Assembly (NCBI RefSeq): GCF_000007185.1
Contig: NC_003551.1
Span: forward strand, 1,320,001-1,352,000
Reading direction: 5' to 3'
From: Methanopyrus kandleri AV19
GTDB lineage: Archaea; JAADCQ01; Methanopyri; Methanopyrales; Methanopyraceae
DNA length: 32,000 nt
The notes under the pieces are model-generated. The model did not search any database. It had not been told where the DNA came from and saw only the letters and a list, made by a program, of their open reading frames with translations. Both the position numbers and the translations under genes were made by a program. Below, in pieces: positions 18,028 to 26,856 of this stretch. Position 1 is the stretch's first letter, and each line of letters starts with the position of its first letter.

Positions 18028-19115
18028 GCGGGCTCGAAACCGTCGAAGTCCGGCTGGAGGTGCTCACGCCGCTCCACGTCGGCGTTCCCCGGGAGGAAGA
18101 GTTGGTCCGCGGGCTCGACTATCGGGTGGACGGAAACCGAATCCTCGTAGTGGACTTCACGACCCTGCCTCCGGAGCGGGCCGAGCGCGTGCTCGGGGCT
18201 CTGGAGGGCGGGGACCACGCGGAGGCCGAAGGATACCTCGAAGGCGCCGAGGTGCTCAGGGAGGTGGAGCTGAGGACGGGGGGCGTCCCGGACCGGTTCC
18301 TCCCGACGTACCGACCGACGCGGGTGGACGACCCGTGGATCCCGGGCACGTCGGTCAAGGGGGCGCTGAGGACCGGGCTCCTCCTGGCCGCCCTGAAGCG
18401 TCTGGACGGGCTGGGTACCGACCTGAGCACGCTCACCGATAGACTACCGCGCAACCCGAAGAAAGCCGCCGTGGCCCTCGATAACAGGCTCCGGGCTACC
18501 GTCTTCCAGGGTGGGACGGCGAGAAGGAGCTACCGCCGTAAGCCGAACCGCGGGTGGCCGGAGGTTTTCCCCCACGCGGACGTGCTGCGGGCGCTGAAGG
18601 TGGAGGACGCTAGGCCCGTCGGGAAGATACGGACCGCGGTGTACCGGGCGGAGCTGCACCCGAAGGGTAGACCGCTCGACGCCCGCGAGTTCGTGGTCTC
18701 CGGGACTTTCGAGCTCGAGCTCGGCACGGACCATGGCGAGCTGAAGCGCGTACTCGACACGTGGGACAGGGTGGAACTGCCCCGGCTGCCCAAGCCCGTG
18801 TTCCGTTTCCTCCGCGATGTCAGGAGCGGGCTACGGGACTTCTGGGAGGAGACGCTGGAGAACCCCGAGACGGTCCTCGAGCGCGCCCGGGAGGGCTGGC
18901 GTGAGGGTCTAAGGGCGCTGAGCGAACGGTTCCGGGTCGACGTGCCCGACGACGCGGACGTCCAGCTGGGGTGGGGAGGCGGCCGGCTCGTGAAGACCGC
19001 GCTCCCGCTGGCGGGTCGGGTCCTGCGGGGTCCGCTCGATCAGTTCGCACCCCAGACGGTTAAGCTCGTGGACGGCGAGGTCCCCGGGCTGGTCAGGGTC
19101 GTGGAGGGCGGGTGA
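18024..19115 (+). CDS. csm5: Csm5, RAMP subunit
   Basis: VEVRLEVLTPLHVGVPREEELVRGLDYRV..DDPWIPGTSVKGALRTGLLLAALKRL; ATGA overlap with the csm6-like gene. Confidence 0.9.
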   Translation: MSGLETVEVRLEVLTPLHVGVPREEELVRGLDYRVDGNRILVVDFTTLPPERAERVLGALEGGDHAEAEGYLEGAEVLREVELRTGGVPDRFLPTYRPTRVDDPWIPGTSVKGALRTGLLLAALKRLDGLGTDLSTLTDRLPRNPKKAAVALDNRLRATVFQGGTARRSYRRKPNRGWPEVFPHADVLRALKVEDARPVGKIRTAVYRAELHPKGRPLDAREFVVSGTFELELGTDHGELKRVLDTWDRVELPRLPKPVFRFLRDVRSGLRDFWEETLENPETVLERAREGWREGLRALSERFRVDVPDDADVQLGWGGGRLVKTALPLAGRVLRGPLDQFAPQTVKLVDGEVPGLVRVVEGG

Positions 19116-19168
19116 CGCGGGCCGCCGTGATCACACCCGACCCGGGGTAACTTATTTTCCGTCACGTT

Positions 19169-20202
19169 GTGTGCCCGATGACGACCATCGTCGGGCGGCG
19201 GGGAAACCGGCCCATGAGTCGCCCGCGCCCGGGATCCCGCGGCTGGATGCTGATGTCCGAGGGCGTCTTCGCGCTGATCGTGATCTTGTTGACCTTCACG
19301 GCGACGGTAGGTTCGATCCACTTCAAACACACCCATCCCAGGAAGCAAAACAGGCTCACCCGCCTGTCGCACGCCAGGTGCATCGTGGTCGTGACGGAGG
19401 ACCTATGCGGCGGGTCCAGGTACTCGGTCCGGCTCGCCGAGATGCTCAGGAGGAGAGGTGTACCGATGACGTTCGCCGTCCCGGCCTGGGAGGCCTACGC
19501 CTACCCCGACCGGATGAGGAAGCTGCGCGAGCTGGGAGGGGACCTCATCAACCACGCCAACGACGGCGGAGCGTCGTACGCGTTCCTGGGTCGCCCGGGC
19601 AAGGTGGCGGGGTTACCGGTGAAGACGCAGCGCCAGATCATCCACACGACCCAGAAGTGGATCCACAGGGCCACCGGCGTACGACCGGACGCGTTCAGGG
19701 CGCCCGGCCTGGCGATCGACGAGAACACGTACCGGGCCCTGGTGGAGGAGGGCATCTGGGTGGATTCGAGTAAGATCTACACCAGGCCCGGCACCCGGGG
19801 GGGCGCCCAGGTGGATCGCGATCGACGGCCACCGGATCCTCGAGGTACCCATAGCGTGCTACGCGGAGTGGCGGTACGAGCGCGGGCAGCCGGTGGAGCC
19901 GGAGTTCCTGTGCTCGTTCGCCGACGACCTGTTCGTGCGTCCCAAGATAGCGACCGGTCACCCCCGAGGAGGCGCTGGAGAACCTGAAGCGCGGGTTCGA
20001 CCAGTACTACCGGCACGGCCGGCCCGGCAGGCCCACGGTGTTCGTCGTGCTCTTCCACGAGCACATCACGGCCAACCCGAAGTACTGGTGGATCATCCTC
20101 GAGTTCGTCGACTACGCGCGGTCCCATCCCGGAGTGGCGTTCGCGACGATCGACGAGTTCGCCGAGTTGGCGCGTCACGGGCAGCGGTTCACCGCGTTTT
20201 GA
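19169..20202 (+). pseudogene. polysaccharide deacetylase-like protein, split by two apparent frameshifts
   Basis: Frame 1: VVVTEDLCGGSRYSVRLAEMLRRRGVPMTFAVPAWEAYAYPDRMRKLRELGGDLINHANDG..FRAPGLAIDENTYRALVEEGIWVDSSKIY. Frame 2: RWIAIDGHRILEVPIACYAEWRYERG..FADDLFVRPKIAT. Frame 3: TPEEALENLKRGFDQYYRHGRPGRPTVFVVLFHEHITANPKYWWIILEFVDYARSHPGVAFATIDEFAEL. Shifts near the G-run at 19798-19803 and near 19955. Confidence 0.75.
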
Positions 20203-20301
20203 TCGCCGGACGCCCACCGCGCGTCCGGGTCGTCGATAGCGTGTGTCGTCGTGCGGGAAGCCGTCGCTCACTCTCAAAACGTTAACATACCGTGATCGCC
20301 C

Positions 20302-20895
20302 GTGTCGTTCCGTATCGAAGCTCGACGGTTTCCGGTTCTCCGCGGGGGTGCGTACCTTCCCCCCGCCGTCGAGTTGAAGGGTGTGACCGTCCGCTTCGAG
20401 GGCTTGACGGCGCTGCGGGACGTCGATTTATCCGTCGAGGAGGAGTGTGGGAGTTCCTCGCGGGCAAGTACCTGGCCACGTGTCGCCTACTCGCGCGTGG
20501 CCTTCGGGATGCGGTACTTCCCCTCGGCTGAGGGCTGGGGCTTCGTACTGCTGGGGACCGTCGCCTCGGCGAGCGTCGGGGCCCTGGTGGCGCTGCTATG
20601 CCGGGAGGAGAAGTCCGCCAGCGCCGTGCTCAACGCCGTCGCCTCCCCGGCGATGTTCCTGGGGGCGGTCGTGGTCCCGGAGAACCTGGTGCCGAGGGTC
20701 GCGTTCGAGATCTTCCACCGGTACCCACCCGTGACGTTCATCCACGCGCTCCGGGCGACGGACCTGTACGGTAAGCCGGTAGCGGTCGCGGACGTGGTCG
20801 TGGGGACGGTCCTCACCGCGACGGTCTTCGCGGCCTCGGCCCTGGTGTTCCGGAGGGCGGCGAGGGAGCTGAGGTGTCGTAATTCGGGACTATAA
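20302..20895 (+). pseudogene. chimeric ABC transporter remnant (ATPase N-terminus joined to ABC-2 permease)
   Basis: VELKGVTVRFEGLTALRDVDLSVEE (start of ABC ATPase, no Walker A follows), then VWEFLAGKYLATCRLLARGLRD in another frame, then permease-like VLLGTVASASVGALVALL..PAMFLGAVVVPENLVPRVAFEIFHRYPPVTFIHALRATDL..ALVFRRAAREL. Confidence 0.7.
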
Positions 20896-21582
20896 TTCGA
20901 GCTCTTCCCCCACCCCGGGGCGCTCGCACTCGATCCCCCACCGCTCGAAGTGTCTCGCGTCGCTCGGTCGGAAGTAGTGACATCCTACCACCCGTCCCAC
21001 CCCCAGCTCCCCGAGCACCTCCGCCACCTGCCGGATCCGCGCCGCCCCCGGGTACCGGCAGAACCCCGCAATCACGGTCTCGACTTCCCACCGCTCGCAC
21101 ACCCACCGCACCAGTTCGACCAACTCCCCGGGCTCCCGGGCCGCCAGCAGCACCTCCTCCGACTCGAGCAGCAGACCCACGTTGTTCGGCCGCTCCACCG
21201 CGAGCACGCCCGACACTACCTCCTCCCTGTTCCGTACGCGGTTCACCCGGCGCACGTCGAGCTCGGAGGACGGGGACGCGAACACGGTGATCCCCGGGTT
21301 CCCGTCCAGGAGGCCCGGGAGCCCGCCGACGTGGTCGTCGTGGTCGTGCGACACGATCACCAGCTCGACGTCGCGCGGTTCCACCCCGGCTTCCTGGAGA
21401 TTGTGCAACAGGATCCTGTCCCTGCCGCCCGCGTCGAACAGCAGGCGGCGACCCTCCAGCTCCACCAGGCAGGAGAACCCCCACGACGGTCTGAAGCCCC
21501 TCCTCCCGCGCCGGTCGTCGTAGACCAACACCACCCGCACCCGACGCCTCACCCCCAGGAGCGGGAGGGTCCGCCGTTCCAC
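20890..21582 (-). CDS. metallo-beta-lactamase fold hydrolase (RFA-P synthase-like group)
   Basis: WGFSCLVELEGRRLLFDAGG..DVELVIVSHDHDDHVGGL..VIAGFCRY..VVGCHYF; overlaps the end of the ABC remnant by 6 nt. Confidence 0.85.
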   Translation of the reverse strand: MERRTLPLLGVRRRVRVVLVYDDRRGRRGFRPSWGFSCLVELEGRRLLFDAGGRDRILLHNLQEAGVEPRDVELVIVSHDHDDHVGGLPGLLDGNPGITVFASPSSELDVRRVNRVRNREEVVSGVLAVERPNNVGLLLESEEVLLAAREPGELVELVRWVCERWEVETVIAGFCRYPGAARIRQVAEVLGELGVGRVVGCHYFRPSDARHFERWGIECERPGVGEELEL

Positions 21583-21690
21583 GCCCGCGTCCCGATAGAC
21601 GATCTAGGAGGATGCCCTCGGGCGCACACCCCTCCGGCCCGCGCTACGTGGACGTGTCAATCGAGGGCGCGGGGCTCCGGAGACGCGAGC

Positions 21691-22703
21691 GTGCTAGTCT
21701 ACGGGTGGCGCGTGGTCGACGTCGGCGGCCTGGAACCCTCCACGCTCCTCACCTGGATCGCCACCTACGGCGGTCCCCGCGGCCGCTGCACGTTCGTGTT
21801 CTGCCTTTCCCTCGGGGCCGAGACCCCGTGGGTGCCCCCGTACCCGGATGTCACCCTCGACGGCCTGCTGGGGACTTCCACGTCCCTCCTGACGGCCCTG
21901 CTCACCCGGGCCCTCGGGGTGCCCCCGGACGTCTTCAACCGACCGGTGCTCGCCCCGAGGCTGCCCGAGCGGTACGCGCTCGTCGGTCTGGCGGCCTGTC
22001 TCACGGCCCTGACCACCCGCCACTACCTGGGTCCGCTCATCTACGCGACCCTCGGCGTGTTCGTGCCCGAGGGGTGTTCCTCACCGGCGTTCCGCTCGCC
22101 CTCTGGGGGCTCCGCCTGATCGCCGCGGGCACGGGACTGCCGCTCCCCCTCGTCGGCGCCCTCGCCTGGCTCTTCCAGTGGGTCTTCGACGAGAACGAGG
22201 AGCCCGACGTCGTCCCGCCCAGTTACTGGGTCCTACCGCGAGTCGTCCTCTCGAAGCCGCCGACCTGGTACCTGGAACGCGCGCTCGAGTCCCCGGACAC
22301 GCTCCTGGACTACCTCCTCACGGGCGCGGTCGTCGTCAGCCTACCGCTGCCCCTCACCCAGCTCGTCTGGGTCCTCCTCGGCGGACCCACCGGCGTGCTC
22401 GAGATCCTCGACTACCTGGTCCAGCTGATCGGGGAGATCATGGAGGACCCCGGCCGCACCTTACCCGAGGTGATCCTTTGGTTCCTGCTCCCGGTACTAC
22501 CCCACGTCGTCCACGTCCCGACGTGGCTCGCAGCGTTGGGAGGGTTACCCGCGCTCCTAGCCCACGCGGGCGGTCTCCTGCTGGCCCCGCACTTCCTCAC
22601 CCACGCGCCCGCGGTCACCTTCGGGGCGACCGTCACGGTCTCGAGAGGCGGATCGTGTCCGACCGGCGTCCGGAACGTGTCCGCGTCGGGCCCGTCTCCG
22701 TGA
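21691..22703 (+). pseudogene. multi-pass membrane protein split by a frameshift near 22065-22085
   Basis: Frame 1 hydrophobic ..LPERYALVGLAACLTALTTRHYLGPLIYATLGVFV then stops at 22119; frame 3 continues FLTGVPLALWGLRLIAAGTGLPLPLVGALAWLFQWVFDENEEPDVVPPSYWVLPRVVLSKPPTWYLERAL.. Confidence 0.6.
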
Positions 22704-22984
22704 CAGCTTCCATGTCGCTCGGGATCTCACGACGGGTGTAGCTCCGACGGGAGAAGTGGAGTGAACGAGTCGGTCAGTGTCCCCGCGGTGGACGTACCGA
22801 TCGCCCCGACGGTCGAGCCCACGCACCGGCCGGCACGGCCTTTAACGCGCGTCGGGGTTCGAACCCTTTATATTATCTTTACTCAGACATAACCCTCCAG
22901 CTTAAACCACTCCCAGACCTCAAACCACCAACTGTCAACACAACCTCACCAACTCGAGGATACCGTGAGTGGGGGTGGGAGCGC

Positions 22985-23332
22985 GTGATCGAGAAGGTGT
23001 TGGCGGATCTCAACAGGGTGGCGGGCGTCAACGGCTCGATGGTGGCCTCCAGCGACGGGTTGGTGGTGGCGGAGGCGGTACCGCCCGAGGTGGATCCCGA
23101 GATCGTGGGGGCCATCGCCACCACGGTGTACGGTTCGGGGGAGCGCGTCATCGAGGAGATGGAGCTCGGGGAGCTGAAGCAGATGCTGGTGGAATCCACC
23201 GACGGGAAGGTGGTCATCATCAGGGTCGACGACGATGCCCTGCTGGTGCTCATCGCGGACCCGGACGCGAACCTCGGACTCATCAGGCTGAAAGCGCGAG
23301 AGGCTGCCGAGGAGATATCCAAGCAGCTCTGA
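22985..23332 (+). CDS. Roadblock/LC7 domain protein
   Basis: MIEKVLADLNRVAGVNGSMVASSDGLVVAEAVPPEVDPEIVGAIATTVYGSGERVIEEMELGELKQMLVESTDGKVVIIRVDDDALLVLIADPDANLGLIRLKAREAAEEI; TATA-like tttatattatctttactc upstream at about 22869. Confidence 0.88.
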   Translation: MIEKVLADLNRVAGVNGSMVASSDGLVVAEAVPPEVDPEIVGAIATTVYGSGERVIEEMELGELKQMLVESTDGKVVIIRVDDDALLVLIADPDANLGLIRLKAREAAEEISKQL

Positions 23333-24086
23333 ACGCGGGTACGCGGCGTTCGACCTCCCCACGCCCCGACCGGCTCCTTCCTTCCCGCGGAACGGGCGTC
23401 TACCGGGTGCGAGGAAATCTGTCCGCCCGGAGTCCGGCGGAGCTCACGTCATACGGAGTGGGTTACTACGGCTCCACTGTAACGTGAGAACGGGTGCTGA
23501 AACCATTGCGATAAAGCCCATGAACTCTAAGGAAGTTTTTCCTATCTACCCACAATTCAACGCGTAGAAAGCGGTATAAAGCGTGGATTATGTTATATAT
23601 AGTGTCCATCAGGATCATTGGGGTTAGGTTGTGAGGGGGTTAGATTGTCTATTTAACAGTTTGCTGATGGATGTCCTGATGAACGTCGCTCACGCGTCCG
23701 TGATTACGGCGCTCCAACGGCAGTGACGACCGATGACGCGTCGGTCGACGTGTCATTCCCCGGGCGTGGACCCGTCCTGCATGAAATAAGAATGAACGAA
23801 CACGTGGGTATCTCATTGCTGAACCCTATTTCTGGGACTTTATCGACGTTTCGTTTAACTCCCACGGGGTGAGCCGGGCGGTGATCCGACACAGACCGGC
23901 GGGGACGATCGGCGTCGGACCGCCCACCGTCCGCGACCCGGTTGACGATCGGCGGTGATTTACGTTCCGCTGAGTAGAGCGACCCGGTCGGTCCACCGGA
24001 GGCGCCGCACCACCGCCCTGAGTGACCGTGGGGGAGCACCCCCGTTGGTCGAGCCCATCCGCTCCCTCCCGGGATCCCGCACTCGG

Positions 24087-24728
24087 GTGAAGCTCACCCG
24101 GGAGTGTATCGTCATCCGCGAGCGCGGTGAGACCCGTCGGATCCGCCTCGAGGACGTCGTAGGAGTCAAGGAACACCCGAGGAGGGCGTCGAAGGCGCTG
24201 GACCCGGCCGAGGATACGCGGCTCGTCCTGATCACCGGGGACCTCGAGAGGCTCGTGCTACTGGTCCGCGACGGGCGATTGTACTGGGGCCTCAAGGCGC
24301 TCCTCGCCGCCAGGGACGGCGAGACCGACCGGTTGATCAGGTACCTAACGGAGCTGCTGCGGATCGCGGGGCATCCGCCGCTCCTCGAGCGTCGGGACGG
24401 GCGCGTGCTCCTCCGGTGGCCGTGGCTGGAGTTGGAGCTGGGGTCACCCGAGCGGGCCGAGACCGTCTACCGCGAGCTGCTCTCCAGGTGGGAAGAACTG
24501 TTGGAATCCGACGAGAAGGGTCACGACCTGGACCGGGAGGCCCGTCCGGTGTGGGTGGCCCTCTCCGTGCCGCTGGCGCCCATGGTGATGACGGTGGGCG
24601 TCCATCGGCGACTGATCGCCCAGGTCAGCCCCGTGCTGATATGGGGAGCGAAGCTCGCGGTGGACGTCCTCGAGCGCGTGCTCGGGAAGGGGCCCATCCA
24701 GTGCTCTGTGGCGTGGGAGTCGGTCTGA
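24087..24728 (+). CDS. hypothetical protein with PH-like N-terminal region
   Basis: VKLTRECIVIRERGETRRIRLEDVVGVKEHPRRASKALDPAEDTRLVLITGDLERLVLLVRDGRLYWGLKAL..; GTG start inferred. Confidence 0.55.
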   Translation: MKLTRECIVIRERGETRRIRLEDVVGVKEHPRRASKALDPAEDTRLVLITGDLERLVLLVRDGRLYWGLKALLAARDGETDRLIRYLTELLRIAGHPPLLERRDGRVLLRWPWLELELGSPERAETVYRELLSRWEELLESDEKGHDLDREARPVWVALSVPLAPMVMTVGVHRRLIAQVSPVLIWGAKLAVDVLERVLGKGPIQCSVAWESV

Positions 24729-25228
24729 TCTCCGTGGTGCCCTGGCTCGCGTTGTTCGCCTTCCCGTACTGGTACCTGGCGCGCCACGCGCTCCCCTACG
24801 TGGATGGGCCACTGAGGTTCGAGCTGACGCGGAGGCTCGGGACGATGGGTGCGGTCACGGGGCTCTGGTGTCTCCTGGCACCGCTCGTCGTGGGGATGTA
24901 CGCGCCCGCCGTCGCGATACCAGCGGCGGCGGTGTCCATCGTGCCGGCGGTCAGGGCCGTGATGGCGTGTCTGCGCGCCCCCTCGGAGTTCACCATCGCC
25001 CTGATGAACGTGGGGACGTGGGCGCGACGGACGTCCGCCGCGGGTGCGTGCGTCGCGCTGGTCGCGACCGCGCTGGCGGGTCCGGTGGTGGGTGGCCTCG
25101 CGGAGCTGGCCTCGGCCGTTGCGTGCGCGTACGTCGTCTCGAGCAGGGTGGGGATCGCCTCTCACCTGGCTAAGAGGGTCTGGATACCGACCGACAGGTG
25201 TTCCGGGCAGCGACCGGCGAAGGGATAG
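24701..25228 (+). CDS. hypothetical multi-pass membrane protein
   Basis: VLCGVGVGLISVVPWLALFAFPYWYLARHALPYVD..LGTMGAVTGLWCLLAPLVVGMYAPAVAIPAAAVSIVPAV; several TM-like segments; overlaps the upstream gene. Confidence 0.5.
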   Translation: MLCGVGVGLISVVPWLALFAFPYWYLARHALPYVDGPLRFELTRRLGTMGAVTGLWCLLAPLVVGMYAPAVAIPAAAVSIVPAVRAVMACLRAPSEFTIALMNVGTWARRTSAAGACVALVATALAGPVVGGLAELASAVACAYVVSSRVGIASHLAKRVWIPTDRCSGQRPAKG

Positions 25229-25307
25229 TGCGGGCGCGTTTCCGCGCTCTCTCCCCCTGGGGAAGGGGGTGCGGGTCGGTGACGCGGGTTCCCCGTTCGG
25301 GCGGGCC

Positions 25308-25586
25308 TCATCCCCGATCCCGACGTCCGCTCTCGAGCCGCTGGACGTGCAGCGGGTCGATCCGGTTGAAGAACTCCTTCAGGAGCGCGACCTCGGCGGC
25401 GGTCAGCCTGAACCCGGTCCACTCCCAGGAACCGTCCTCCCGTTCACCGTACCGCACGAACACGCCACCGTCCGGATCGTAGCGGAGGATCAGGGCTCGG
25501 GCCTTACCCTCCTGATCGCGGAAGATGGGCACCTCGGTGGACTCCACGACACCCACTCCCCGGGACACCGATCCCGACCACGCCAT
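25308..25586 (-). CDS. hypothetical protein (92 aa)
   Basis: ESTEVPIFRDQEGKARALILRYDPDGGVFVRYGEREDGSWEWTGFRLTAAEVALLKEFFNRIDPLHVQRL; 21 nt downstream of the AAA+ gene. Confidence 0.6.
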   Translation of the reverse strand: MAWSGSVSRGVGVVESTEVPIFRDQEGKARALILRYDPDGGVFVRYGEREDGSWEWTGFRLTAAEVALLKEFFNRIDPLHVQRLESGRRDRG

Positions 25587-25607
25587 ATGGTTTGGGGTGT
25601 CCCCCTC

Positions 25608-26639
25608 TTAACCCACCACGTCCTCGAACCTCAGATCGAGGTCGTCCTCGGACGCTATCGTCTCGTAGGCGATCTTCGGTCCCGGGATCTTGCCCTCGGC
25701 GCACCACTGGGAGTAGTTGTTCATCAGCGCGTTCACCCACGCGTGCACGAGGCACTCGACGTCATCCTCCGGGGCTTCCAGGTCGCAGAGGGCGTAGTAC
25801 TCCCGGACCACGTCGGCGACGGCCTCCGGACCGCCGAACGCAATCACGGTGTCCGCGAACCTGTTGATCTTGTCCTGGACGTAGGCCATCGCGATCTTCC
25901 GGGCGAGTCCGGCACCCGCCCCGATCGGGAACCGTTTAGCCGCCTCCAGGAGAGCCGCCGCGAACGCCTCGCGGAGCTCGCGGAGGTACCCCCTGAAGAT
26001 CTCCTCGGCAAACTCGCCGGAAACGAACGGTCCCTCCGCGGCGCATCCGGCCAGGTGCACGGCCTGGACGTCCCAGGAGATCCGCTCGTACAGCGCCTCG
26101 ACGGCGCGGGGATCCACGGCGCCGCTGAGGACCCGATCCCGGATGTCGCCACCTACCCCACCGATGTACTGCATACGGCCCAGGAACCGGATCAGATCCA
26201 CCTCGGGGAACGCCGGGACGGCGCGCCCCGCGAACAGGAACCGGCGGTTGTGCCTGACCGTACGTAGCTCCCCGTGCGCCACCACCTCCAGCCTGAAGTC
26301 GAGGACCTCGAGGACGAGCTTCCGGACCTCCGGCGAGCCGATGGAATCGCACTCGTCCCATCCGACGAACCCGGCGGGGTAGTGCAGCACGACGCCCGGA
26401 CGGTCGGTGCGCTCGTCCCACACCATCGCCTCTCGGGTCACGCCCTCCCCGGACACCACGGCGACGCTGAAGGCGTCGAGGAACGTGGTCTTGCCCGCCC
26501 CCGGCCCGTCGACGAAGCACATGTGTCCACGGAGGTTCAGGGCCAGGCCGACGGCGCGGACAGGGTCGAAGAAGAACCCCAACGCCTCGACGACCTTCCT
26601 CAGGTCGGCGTCCGGACAGAGGTCACGGTCCACCGCCAC
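25608..26639 (-). CDS. AAA+ family ATPase
   Basis: GHMCFVDGPGAGKTTFLDAFSVAVVSG (Walker A), AGFVGWDECDSIGSPEVRKLVLEVLDF (Walker B), FAGRAVPAFPEVDLIRFLGRM. Confidence 0.85.
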   Translation of the reverse strand: MAVDRDLCPDADLRKVVEALGFFFDPVRAVGLALNLRGHMCFVDGPGAGKTTFLDAFSVAVVSGEGVTREAMVWDERTDRPGVVLHYPAGFVGWDECDSIGSPEVRKLVLEVLDFRLEVVAHGELRTVRHNRRFLFAGRAVPAFPEVDLIRFLGRMQYIGGVGGDIRDRVLSGAVDPRAVEALYERISWDVQAVHLAGCAAEGPFVSGEFAEEIFRGYLRELREAFAAALLEAAKRFPIGAGAGLARKIAMAYVQDKINRFADTVIAFGGPEAVADVVREYYALCDLEAPEDDVECLVHAWVNALMNNYSQWCAEGKIPGPKIAYETIASEDDLDLRFEDVVG

Positions 26640-26856
26640 GACCCCGTTTCAACGTGTTCGTCGTCCGTAGAGACGTGCGACGAGTCACCGTGGGTGCTGG
26701 GGTACCGTGTCGAAAAGTGGATGAGGTCGGGGGCAGGATATCACCGTTTCCGGGTAAGGCCGCCGGCCCTTGAAACCCGCCGGCGATGGGAACTGAACTC
26801 TCGTGTCGGCGATGGGTCCCGACGGCTCCGTAGGAGCGTCATCCTCAACCCGGGTT

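Noticed and set aside
20950-22119. Single 389-aa plus-strand gene
   Set aside because: First about 247 codons are antisense to the well-supported MBL-fold gene; only the part from about 21691 looks coding
25044-26267. 407-aa plus-strand ORF
   Set aside because: Antisense to the AAA+ ATPase and the 92-aa gene; composition not protein-like
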